In this document: piece by piece, positions 53,417 through 64,000 of the stretch
Layout of the letters: each line of letters starts with the position of its first letter
How positions within the stretch are numbered: position 1 is the first letter of the stretch
Assembly: GCF_001194135.2 (NCBI RefSeq)
Contig: NC_068989.1
Coordinates: forward strand, 33,595,269 to 33,659,268
From: Octopus bimaculoides
Lineage: Eukaryota
DNA: 64,000 bases
Direction of reading: 5' to 3'
Translations under genes and position numbers: made by a program
The notes under the pieces: generated by a model
What the model saw: the letters and a program-made list of their open reading frames with translations, nothing else
The model's database searches: none
Told to the model about the DNA's origin: nothing

Positions 53417-53560
53417 AATTCTCCGTCCACCTCATGCACTTCAAAGAAAACTAGTCGCCACACGATGAGGTGTCCACAAAACAGCAGAATTAGGTCATTC
53501 CAATCGGTTATTCTCAAGAATTTAGCGTTCGTCAAAATTGTTCCGTCATTCACATGTTAC
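53417..53560 (-). promoter_or_regulatory. HPRT 5' UTR / proximal promoter
   Basis: Immediately upstream of the ATG, CpG-containing, CCAAT near 53499; TSS cannot be determined from sequence. Confidence 0.45.
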
Positions 53561-54856
53561 CTAATACAGTGAATTATAAAAGCAAGAGGAAATGAATTCA
53601 ATTGAGCAGCGCGAAATTATTTTAGCTTCTTATTTTCGAAACTGAAACTGAAATTGATATTTCAAATAATTTTAAACGGAACTACTATTAAGCTTTATCC
53701 TTTCAGGTTTTTTTCTTCGACTAAACGGTGTTTCACGATGTAATATCCGCTGTTTAATGTTTGAAAACATGGTTTTATTTACCACCAAAATTTGAAATCC
53801 TTAATTGCCCACAAATTGAATATCACTGAGAAATAAATTCTAAGGAGTCACTGGCATTTTTTTTTTATCAAGCAGTTTGATTTTTAAGAACTTAAATGAA
53901 GTGAAAGCTGAATGCCTCATATTTACTGTTTATATAACCTCACATCAGCTCTGATCGAGTATACCTACGACTAAATGCCTTCCATCCGTGACAATCTCAT
54001 CTTATTTATCTACGATTACATTATCCAATGTTTCCTTTTTAAGAGAAGTGTGATTTAATTATATTTGGCTAAGATTACGCAGTGCCCCCGTGCTTTTAAT
54101 TTTAAATAAAGGTATTTCTTTTCACTACAAATAGGTCTTAGTATTTTTTCAGCGTTTCGATAAAAAAAAAATACAATATTTAAAGTAAGTTTTCGTTTAG
54201 TATATATCAAAAAGAATTTTTAAATAAACATTCGCGTTCATTAAAAAATAAATAAGAGTCTTTAAATGGTTCTATTTTTTTTTCAATTTTTCCACCAGGT
54301 GCGGATCTATATATTAACCCTTTAAATTTTTATTTAAATTCAAAACTAAAAAACACACTTGAATTAATTGTATTACAATTCTTTTCATAGCTAAGCTGCT
54401 TGCTAGGAATATACTTGACTTTAGTGTGCAGCTATCCACTACAGACCCTGTTTGTCATCTTTTGGGGAAATGGTCATACTTCGTCGTAGGTCAAACATAC
54501 AGTCTTCATAAAGAAAAGGGTGGTTCGTTTACACGTTACCATACTCGTGACTGGCGGCAAACAATGTGTATTTACTAGTAACAACACCGAATGCATTTTT
54601 GATACCTCTCTCAGCTGTGGCCTTTGTTATGTTTACACTGTAGTCAGCAAACCCTACAAAATGTGTAAACAATTTTTTATTTTGCTCTAAAATGATTGAG
54701 GGAATATAATCCCGAGAAAAAAATACAGAAGGATTGCGATACCTGACGATAGTCCAAAGTCACAGCTAGTACCGGTTTTAAGGTACAGGAACACTGGGTT
54801 GGTTTGTCGGAAGCCCCACCAGCCTAAGTGCTCAATGATGATCTGTGTAAAGAGCC

Positions 54857-55419
54857 CTCGGCGGAATTCTAGTTTAAGCACCCCATATAACCTCATAACT
54901 TTTTTCATTTTTTGGAATTTTCAGAAAATTTTTGCGAATTTGGGATGTTTCTGAATTGACGGGCACCACTTGTCAATTCAGTAAGATCCCGAATTTGTGT
55001 TTTACACATGGGAATTCATATGATTATGAAAAAAAAAAAAAATTTTAAGAAAAAAATACCCCACCCCATAAATCCTGAGAGTTCCACTCTTTTTGGAAAC
55101 TTTAAAAAGTTTAAAAAAAGTTTAAAATACGGACAGTCTGAATTTTTTGCTTAAAACCCTCGGGTGCATCATCATTCCATTAAATGTGTTTACGGGAAGA
55201 AAAATATTGATAAACATCAATATATGTCAGAGTGACAAAGAAACGAGGAAGGTGGTTGTGAAATGTGCTAAAAATAACAGCTAAATCGCTCTTAAATCAC
55301 ACAAATCTTTTTCTATAACCGGTATGAATTCCCGTGTGTAGAACAAATTCGCAAAAATTTTCTGAAAATTCCAAAAACTAAGTAAAGTTATAAGGAATTA
55401 TAACCAGAATTCTGCCGAG
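54857..55419. mobile_element. MITE with long imperfect TIRs, ~1.4 kb upstream of the HPRT ATG
   Basis: ctcggc(g/a)gaattct ends; ttttggaattttcagaaaatttttgcgaatttg and tacaca(t/c)gggaattcata match across ends; superfamily unassigned. Confidence 0.8.
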
Positions 55420-57304
55420 CCCTTAATCCCTAGAGGGTCTCATAAGTTTTTCCTTTTTTTTTTTAAATAAGTGAATATTTCTGCAACCTCTGATTAAAAA
55501 AAAAAAATAGTGTATAAAAATCTTCGTTCTATGTTGCTTTCGAGACAAAAAGAACGAAAACAAATAAACTGTACCTAGTACAAAAGAAGAAAAATTCCCA
55601 AGGAACATTAACTGACAGATAAAAAAACAAAAGGAAACATTGATAGCAGACGAAAAATTGATAGCAACTATAATAACAACGCAAAACAAAAACCGTGCTA
55701 AAGATTATTGTACTAATGATAACGCGCGTGTGTATACATACACATGCACACATATTTGTGTGTTTGTATGTACGTATGTGTGTTTGATGTGCATGTATAT
55801 GAATGTGTAGTTGCCTCTATGTATGTCTAAATGTTTGTTAGAAACGTAGGTAGGTCTATACACCAACAGAAAATTTGTATTTATCCAATCTCATTATAAA
55901 AGCTAATTGAAATTTTACTTTGAAGCAAGCTTTTAAGCCTAAACCCTAAATTTGATCTATCTTTGGTGTACACTCATATAGATCTAAACTATCATATGTT
56001 TATTTATAAACATTCCTGTATGAATCCTAAAAGTAGCATAATACCTACCTTCAACCTTGTACACTAACAAACCTTTAAGAAATTATAAACAGATATAACA
56101 AAACCCACAGTTGTGTCCTGAATGCAATCTATCTGCCACATGAACTAAACAAATCTAACTTGCAGCACCTGGTTTTACATACATGCTCAACTGAATTCAA
56201 ACAACAATCCCCACCACCACTTCTAAATATAACCATTCAGCAGCTCCTATGATGCAAATACAACCTCTTTTTGTGAAACCAGTAAAAATATCTCTATCAT
56301 CCTTTCCTCTGCACCCCACTCTATAAATGCTTATTTTCTTTCTCTTCTCCTTCCCTCTTCTTATACAATTACTTTTTTCTCCACACTAAGTTACATCACA
56401 TCTAATGTTCATATACATCACTACATCACACACCCTTCTGAATGAAAATATTTCTAATGAAACCATATATAAGGCAAAAACAAAAACAAAAATCAAGCTA
56501 AATCTCAATCTGAAGACAGCAAGTAAACCAAAACTTTAAAGTCATTGTAAAACTTTTCCATGTGAAAATAAATACAGTGCTCTAGTGAAAAGTATTGAGT
56601 GATCCTTCAATTTAATGTTCAATTGTTTTTATGTATAACTTGACATAAAATAAACGTTTGTGTACATTNNNNNNNNNNNNNNNNNNNNNNNNNNNNNNNN
56701 NNNNNNNNNNNNNNNNNNNNNNNNNNNNNNNNNNNNNNNNNNNNNNNNNNNNNNNNNNNNNNNNNNNNNNNNNNNNNNNNNNNNNNNNNATATATATATA
56801 TATTATATGAGAGAGAGAGAGAGAGAGAGAAATATTGATGTAGATATATAAAAGTTAAGAGAACTCAGAATGGCTAGTGGCATGTATTTGAAAAACAAAT
56901 ACAGATATCGTAAATACCATGTAACATAAATTCTTGATAGATGAGAGAGATGTCATGTAGATGGGTAAATTGCAAGAGGGTGAGGAGAGAGACAGCATAG
57001 AGCATGGAGAGAGTGAGAAATGTATGATGGTTAAAGAGAGATAATTTAATAGTACATAATGGTGATCAATGTAAAATGTGGGTTAATGAAGGCTGGATAT
57101 CAAGTGAAATGTTTTTTGGTAGTAAGACAGATAAATGGTATCAGGGAAAACCAGTGAAATATGCAATTTATGTCATATCTAATTACAGCAGCAGAACATT
57201 GAATTATGCAGGTTATAGAAGGGCTAGTGATAGAGAGATGATGGCTGGTGAGGTGGCTTATGGATGAAATTGGGTGAGGGGCCCAGATGCGCATATATAT
57301 ATAT

Positions 57305-58345
57305 TAAGAATAGCCTGGGCAAAGTTTAGAGAGCTCTTACCCCTGCTGGCGACAAAGGGACTCTCACTCAGAGTAAAAGGCAGACTGTATGACGCATGCG
57401 TACGAACAACCATGCTACATGGCAGTGAAACATGGGCTGTAACTGCTGAGGACATACGTAAGCTCGCAAGGAATGAAGCCAGTATGCTCCGTTGGATGTG
57501 TAATGTCAATGTGAATACCCGTCAGAGTGTAAGTATCTTGAGAGAAAAGCTGAACATTAGAAGCATCAGTTGTGGCGTGCAAGAGAGACGATTGCGCTGG
57601 TATGGACATGTGGTGAGAATGGAGGAGGATAGCTGCGTGAAAAAGTGCCACACCCTAACAGTTGAGGGAACNNNNNNNNNNNNNNNNNNNNNNNNNNNNN
57701 NNNNNNNNNNNNNNNNNNNNNNNNNNNNNNNNNNNNNNNNNNNNNNNNNNNNNNNNNNNNNNNNNNNNNNNNNNNNNNNNNNNNNNNNNNNNNNNNNNNN
57801 NNNNNNNNNNNNNNNNNNNNNNNNNNNNNNNNNNNNNNNNNNNNNNNNNNNNNNNNNNNNNNNNNNNNNNNNNNNNNNNNNNNNNNNNNNNNNNNNNNNN
57901 NNNNNNNNNNNNNNNNNNNNNNNNNNNNNNNNNNNNNNNNNNNNNNNNNNNNNNNNNNNNNNNNNNNNNNNNNNNNNNNNNNNNNNNNNNNNNNNNNNNN
58001 NNNNNNNNNNNNNNNNNNNNNNNNNNNNNNNNNNNNNNNNNNNNNNNNNNNNNNNNNNNNNNNNNNNNNNNNNNNNNNNNNNNNNNNNNNNNNNNNNNNN
58101 NNNNNNNNNNNGGCACATAAAAGACACCATTTCGAGCGTGGCCGTTTTCGTGCGGGTGACACGTAAAAGCACCCACTACACTCTCTGAGTGGTTGGCGTT
58201 AGGAAGGGCATCCAGCTGTAGAAACTCTGCCAAATCAGACTGGAGCCTGGTGTTGCCATCCGGTTTCACCAGTCCTCAGTCAAATCGTCCAACCCATGCT
58301 AGCATGGAAAGCGGACGTTAAACGATGATGATGATGATGATGATG
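57305..58345 (+). mobile_element. Young RTE LINE 3' end (spans gap 57672-58111)
   Basis: Stop-free RIAWAKFRELLPLL..RLYDACVRTTMLHGSETWA..RLRWYGHVVRMEEDSCVKKC; terminal module and (GAT)n. Confidence 0.95.
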
Positions 58346-58659
58346 TGCTTCCAAAATCTCAATTTCATTGAGATGGATGGGTCTTCTCAGGAGCCATTCG
58401 CCACCAGTCATCCTGGTCCTTTGTCATCTCCTCCCTAAGGTTCAAAGTCCTGGGAGCAATCTTTACTACTTCATCTCATGTTTTTCTTTCCATAAACTTC
58501 ATCCACATTAAGTGATTAGTACTTCATTATACAGCTGTCCTTATCCATATGCATCATATGTCCATATTAGTACAGTGTTTTTGCATCTATTTACAAGATA
58601 TTGATTTCCTAATTAAATCATTAATAAATAAATAAAAACAAATCATTAATGAATAATAT

Positions 58660-59285
58660 CACCCTTTGAGGTAGAGTGTGATGCATCTGATGCAGATATT
58701 TCAGACAACCTTAACTAATGAGAGCAGCCTATAGTGTTCATGTTAATAATGCTACAAAGAAGCGAATTACACTACCACATTGCAGAGAAGGAAGCAACTG
58801 CTATTATTGAGGCAGTGCAAAAAACAGTGCCACTGTAACCCAGTTACTTATCAGAGGTCAGTGACCTATTGTTTGACAATAGGGTGTACAAAAATAATGC
58901 AAAGATTTGGGAATGGAGACTGGATCTTCAGCATTAAGCTACAGAATAAATTATTGATATATTTAATCAAGCTTATACCTGTTCAGTTTTAACTACTTCC
59001 AGGTTTATTGACATGCATGATAGACTATGTCATTCAAGATTAACATAGCTACTGCATTTTATTGGAGCAAGGAATCTCCTTTCTCTACAGAAGATGTGAG
59101 GAAGACTTGTGCATCTTATGGGTCTATGCTGGGCTATCACTCTCAAGAAGACACTCTTATCAAAGCAACAAAGTCTACGGAACAGCTAAGTATGGACTTC
59201 AAGGGAACTGTGTCTACTATTTCACATAATTCATATTTACTATTCTATATTTTTGAGATGAGGAATTATGTACATTATTTACAAT
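58660..59285 (+). pseudogene. Ty3/Gypsy pol remnant (RNase H and integrase N-terminus)
   Basis: PFEVECDASD..SELHY..EKEATAIIEAV..DNR..KIWEWRL; PFSTEDVRKTCAS..TLIKATK..LSMDFKG. Confidence 0.85.
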
Positions 59286-59545
59286 GGACGGATAGGTGTC
59301 CTCACCTTGTTTGTTGTTATCACGTTTCAGCTGATGTACTCTCTAGCCTTCATCAGGTGTTCTGGTGGAATTTCGAACTCAACCCTTCATTTGACTAATG
59401 GGGTACTCATTCCTAAGGCATGTTGCTGATGTTATTTTTCTGTTGATTCACTCAATAATTGCCCATGGGCATGCAGCATAGTGGATAAGAGCATGGGCTA
59501 CTAACCCTCGGATTCTAAGTTCAATCCCAGGCAGGGACTTGAAAA
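59286..59545. mobile_element. Reverse Penelope-type hammerhead tail (59286-59440) joined to forward tRNA head (59455-59545)
   Basis: Minus: aacac-CTGATGA-a-ggctag..tcagct-GAAAcg. Plus: taattgccca..agcatagtggataagagcatgggctactaaccc..agttcaatccc. Confidence 0.75.
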
Positions 59546-59571
59546 ATAATATCTTGCTTCAAGTTCTAGAC

Positions 59572-59719
59572 CAGTGGTTTCCAAACCTTTTATTTAAATT
59601 AGTTTTCTCACAGACTCCTTTTAATATGCTTATCCTTATGCATGTACATATATGAAATTTTGAATTTAGTTCACAGACCCCCAGTACTACCTTTGCGGAC
59701 CCCAGGTTGGGAACCACTG
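59572..59719. mobile_element. hAT Charlie/Buster-type MITE, 148 bp
   Basis: TIR cagtggtttccaaacc / ggttgggaaccactg; 8-bp TSD ttctagac / ttctagat. Confidence 0.88.
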
Positions 59720-60139
59720 TTCTAGATACTCCCCATATTATTTTGTGGAACAAAATAAAACAAAAAACTGATAGTACTAGGATCAGATGATAAAGAAGAT
59801 ACGACATATTACAGTGAAGAGAATGATGAAGGAAATCCACTTGACCAAAGCCTCTCAATCCATATAAGTGGTCCTGTGAAATTGTTTGATACTAATAAAA
59901 TGTTTCTTTTCTAAGAGGGAAGAACATAATATTACTATTAATCGGTGCACATATGTAAAGTTTTGCATACTTAGAAAGTGAAAGGTGCAACTAGAAGTTG
60001 TCTAACTGACTATAATATAAAATAACTGCATGTATACTATAATATTTTAAACTGAATAAAACTTGGAAAGCAGCCACCAAGTTTTTTTTTTTATCATTAC
60101 AATCTGTATTACTTTTTCTCTTTTATTTATACATTGATG

Positions 60140-60510
60140 GAATATTCTGGTATCATCTTCAGAAAAAGATGCTGAGGTCAAGCATCTGTTTAATCATTGT
60201 GACATTTTGATGTTATTCAGGCTGTCTGTGTTTTACAAAAATCCAATCAGACACTGGACAGAAGATAAAAGTCAAGAAGAGAGGCAGAAGGATTGAATAA
60301 GAAAAATGGAGAAACTAGAAACAATCTTTCTGGGAATTCCTTGGAATGACATTTCCAAAAGAGTGAATAAAACAGTCTTGCAGTTAGATGTGAACATAGT
60401 TGTTGCAATGAATCTTGAGTCTCTGAAAATTTATTTTCAGAAAATTAAAAACAAATATAGTGAATACGAATTGAATACCAGGAGGTATCCAGAAACAGAT
60501 TATAGCTATA
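60140..60510 (+). pseudogene. hAT transposase remnant (Tip100/Ac-like)
   Basis: MEKLETIFLGIPWNDISKRVNKT..LQ..VAMNLESLKIYFQKIKNKYSEYE. Confidence 0.6.
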
Positions 60511-60679
60511 TGAAAAAAAAAAAAAAAAAAAAAAAAAAAACATGACTGAAGTGCATGTCTTACAAGATATAATAGGTCAGAAGAAACAATGTTTCTCAGT
60601 GAAAGGTGTAAATATTTCTCTCTGTTCTGGGCTCTCTTAACTCTGAACTGATAAAGCATGCAGTCCAATCTAGTGATAA

Positions 60680-61070
60680 AGGATGAAACCTGGCCTCATC
60701 TTTATGATCCAGAAATGAAGACTCAGTCCATGAAATGGCAGTACACTTCTTCACTAAGACCTAAAAAGTTTAGGAACCAGTGACTAGCACAGAATTTTCT
60801 GGAATGTGGTTGTACTATGAACAGTGAGCAGTACACTGAGATGCCTAAAAAGCATAGAAAAACCAACAGGATGAAGAGACTGAACTAGAATCTGAAAATG
60901 ATCTACATTTACCATGACAATATGTGACCACACATACCTTTATCAATTAATCAGACAACAAATTTGGTTGGTAAGTGATCCCTCATTCACTATATGAGCT
61001 CAAATCTGGTGCCTTCTGACTTCCACATGTTTGGTTCAATGTAGGACAGTCATTGATGATAAAGTAGGTA
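60680..61070 (+). pseudogene. mariner transposase fragment, DETW-type family
   Basis: DETWPHLYDPEMKTQSMKW..PKK, YHDN, degenerate (YSP)NLVPSDFHMF. Confidence 0.8.
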
Positions 61071-61136
61071 TAATAGTGCACACCTGAATTTTTTCCAAAG
61101 AAGATTCAGAAATTGAGTTCAGTGAATGTGCAAATA

Positions 61137-62393
61137 TTAAGTTGCTCAGAAAATAATGGCCACTCTAAGTGTTGTGTTTTGAACACAATTTTATCATAGT
61201 ATTATAATTATATTTTAGGTGAATTTCAACATACTTAATAATTGATGTATGCTCTTTAATAATTTTCTACTTATTTCAGATAGAAAACATTCTTGAAGCA
61301 TAGGTGCCCTTAATTATGAACATGACAAAAAAGGACCTTTGCTTACTTTTCTTTTATGAGTTCAAGCTTGGATACAATACCTCTCAAACTGCTGCCAATA
61401 TCAACAGAGCGTGGGGAGAGGAGTCCACAAGTGATTGCATAGTACGAAGGTGGTTTCAGAAATTCCATAATAGTGATGAGAGCCTTGATGAAGGTAGAGG
61501 ATGGTCATGCAGTTTTGACAATGAACAATTAAAAGCAATTGTTGAACAAAACCCACATCAAAGTGTCAGAGAAATGTCTCAGGCACTTGGTGTCGATATT
61601 GTAATGGTCTGATGCAATCTGCAGAAGATTGGCAAGGTAAAAAAGCTCAATAAATGGGTACCACATGAGCTCAATAGAAATCAAAAAGTTTGGCATTTTG
61701 AAGTGTGGTCAATGCTCTTTCTGCAAAACACCGATGATCCTTGACTGAATAGTCACTTGTGACAAAAAGTGGATCCTTTATGATAACCGTAAACGATCAG
61801 GTCAATGGCTTGATTGTGATGAGTCCCCTAAACATTTCCCAAAGCTAAAGTTGCATCAGCAAAAGATTATAGTGGCTGTCTGGTGGTCTGCAATTAGTGT
61901 TGTCCATTACAGCTTTCTGGAAGCCAATCAGAGTATTACAGAGTATTTACCGCAATCAACCTGCTGAAATGCATGCTCACTTGCAAAAACTGAGACCTGC
62001 ATTGGTGAATCGGCATGGTCAAATTCTACTCCACGATAATGCAAAGCTACATGTTGCAAGAATGACACTGCAGAAACTCACAGACTTGGGATATGAGACT
62101 TTACTACATCCTCTTGATCTTTTACCCACTGACTACCATTTTTAAGCATTTAAACACGTTTTTAAGTGATAGCACTTTCAGGTCCAAACCAGAGGTAGAA
62201 TCAGCTTTCAAAGATTTCTTAGCATCAAAGCCAATAAGTTTTTATCAATGAAGCATAAATAATCTCATTGATTGATAGCAGAGATGCATAGATGTTCACA
62301 GCTCATACTTTGACTAATCAAGATATTTCTATTGTTAATTTTTCCAGAATAAAATTGTTTCTGAAATCGGCTATTGTTTTTGGAACAATCTAA
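61137..62393 (+). mobile_element. Full-length decayed mariner (DD34D), 1257 bp
   Basis: Diverged TIRs (18/25) with TA flanks; YEFKLG..INRAWG..VRRWFQKF, WVPHEL, VTCD(K)KW, LLHDNA, DLLPTDYH; stops and frameshifts. Confidence 0.92.
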
Positions 62394-62752
62394 TACATTG
62401 CTTGTCATGGTGTATATGCTGAGTAATACCTTTGTATAGAAGAAAAGTCACTCTACCAACATGTACAATTTGAATGACTTATGTCAGTAAATCAAAAAGC
62501 TATACTTGCTTTTGCATTACTTTCAAGATAACCCTAATAGATTTAAAACCCCAATCTTCTTCCTTTAAAGAAAATATAACTCTCTGTCATTATAAAGAAC
62601 TTTCTGAGTTGTTTCAAGTTTTATAGCTTATCATTCTTAATTCTTGCAGTACCTGTTTTTTTTTCTTTTTTTAAAGATCAAATGTAAGATTAGGATGGGA
62701 ACTGCATAATATTAGACCAAAATGTTTTTTTCATACAACTAAAGCTTGTCAT

Positions 62753-64000
62753 CATCATTACTATCTAATGTCCATCTTCCATGCTGGTATGGACTGGATA
62801 GTTTGACAGGATCCAATGAGCCAGAGGACAGTGTCATGTGTCAATGACTGCAATGGTACAGTTCCTATGGCTAGATGCCCTTCCTAATTAATACCAACCA
62901 TTTTACAGAGAGTACTGAGTACTTTTTTTATGGCACCAGTACTAGTGAGGTCACCACATAACTCATAAGACTAAAATCTCCTTCAACTGAGTGAGAGTAT
63001 AGTACAGAGAGGAATGGGTTTATGTCAGATTAACATATGAAAGAAGGTGCAGGAACAGGTTTCTTGTAAAGGAGATACATGACTACCCCATATTATATAA
63101 GGGTGGGTGGATGTATTTGGGGTGGAATAGGAGAAAGAGATAAAAATGGATGTCTGAGAGTGTTCTCAATGTATAAAAAGGTGAACAGAAGAGAAATTGG
63201 GGACAGAAGATCAGGAATGGTGAGTGGATAGAGGTTACAAGAGTGTGTGGAGAAAGTGAGAGACACAAGTAGAAGTGGTCAGAGGTACATAGTGGATAAA
63301 TGAATAGGAGGTGATTCAAAAAAGAGGAAGAAATAATGGGAGCATAGAGATGATGACCAATGGAAAATGTGATGAGGAAGGATGATATTCAGAATAAAAG
63401 ATGGATGTCAAAGAAAGTGGAACAAGCGATTAGAAGAGATAACTGGCAGCACAGAAAAGTATGAAATATGTAGTTCTGCTCTCATGTAATTACAGCTTCA
63501 AAATACTGCAGTAGTTAGGTGATGGATGGATGAGTGATAAGGAGATGAGGCAGTGGTGAGGAAAGTTTGACAGAGATAAGCTGAGCAAGAGTTTCAGTTA
63601 TGTGTATGCACATTAGCTTCCAGGACCTCTGTATTTTGTGATGGACAGGTCTTCTTGAGTACTACATACCACCAAAAATCTTGCCCCTTTGTCATCTACC
63701 CTAAAAGACTCAAATTTCTGAGATCAGCCATGTTGTCAAGGTCTCCTTCTTCCACAAGCTTCTTCATTAAGTGATTGACATTTCTTTTTACAGTTGCTTT
63801 CATCCATACATATCACATATCCATACCAGCATAGTCTTCTCTATTGCACACTGCATTTGATTTCTCTTATGCTCAGTACTTTGTCATTCATACACACATT
63901 GCACTCCACAAGAGGATATTAGCATCATTTCTTTCTAGTTTTCACAAGTATTTTGCATTCATGGCCCACAGCTCACTAACATACAGCAATACAATTTGTA
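62753..64000 (-). mobile_element. RTE tail with long UTR (62753-63560) and RTE RT 3' fragment (63640-64000)
   Basis: (CAT)n-tgtccatcttccatgctgg..agatgcccttcctaa; gcaatagagaagactatgctggtatggatatgtg on the minus strand. Confidence 0.75.

Noticed and set aside
53560-54700. Divergent plus-strand gene sharing the HPRT promoter
   Set aside because: Acceptor-like sites exist (about 53706 and 54298), but no coding exon or homology is visible on the plus strand.
57274-58188. Long ORFs of 150-304 aa in the ORF track (also 27108-27793, 31555-33066, 457-778)
   Set aside because: They run through N gaps or microsatellites; the only real content is RTE C-terminal sequence.

Overview
AT-rich, repeat-dense animal genomic DNA with eight N-gaps. 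The repeat families look like those of Octopus (coleoid cephalopod); this is recalled similarity, not a database result. The only host gene I can support is a complete HPRT (hypoxanthine-guanine phosphoribosyltransferase) on the minus strand, missed by the ORF track. It has 8 coding exons from 53416 down to 9435 (699 nt, 232 aa), all introns GT-AG: [232 protein letters not shown]. The rest is transposon-derived or low-complexity: RTE and CR1-type LINEs, tRNA SINEs, a Penelope GIY-YIG remnant, Gypsy pol, mariner, Tigger/pogo, hAT, Chapaev3, a Helentron-like element and several MITEs. Three observations stand out. (1) A tRNA-headed short element carrying a Penelope-type hammerhead ribozyme core occurs twice in the same inverted arrangement, once about 1 kb from a Penelope endonuclease remnant. 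(2) HPRT introns hold several long fold-backs whose mismatches are mostly G.U/A.C type, one with pri-miRNA geometry. (3) A pair of direct repeats with splice-site-like ends brackets exon 7. TE boundaries without stated TIR/TSD evidence are approximate.
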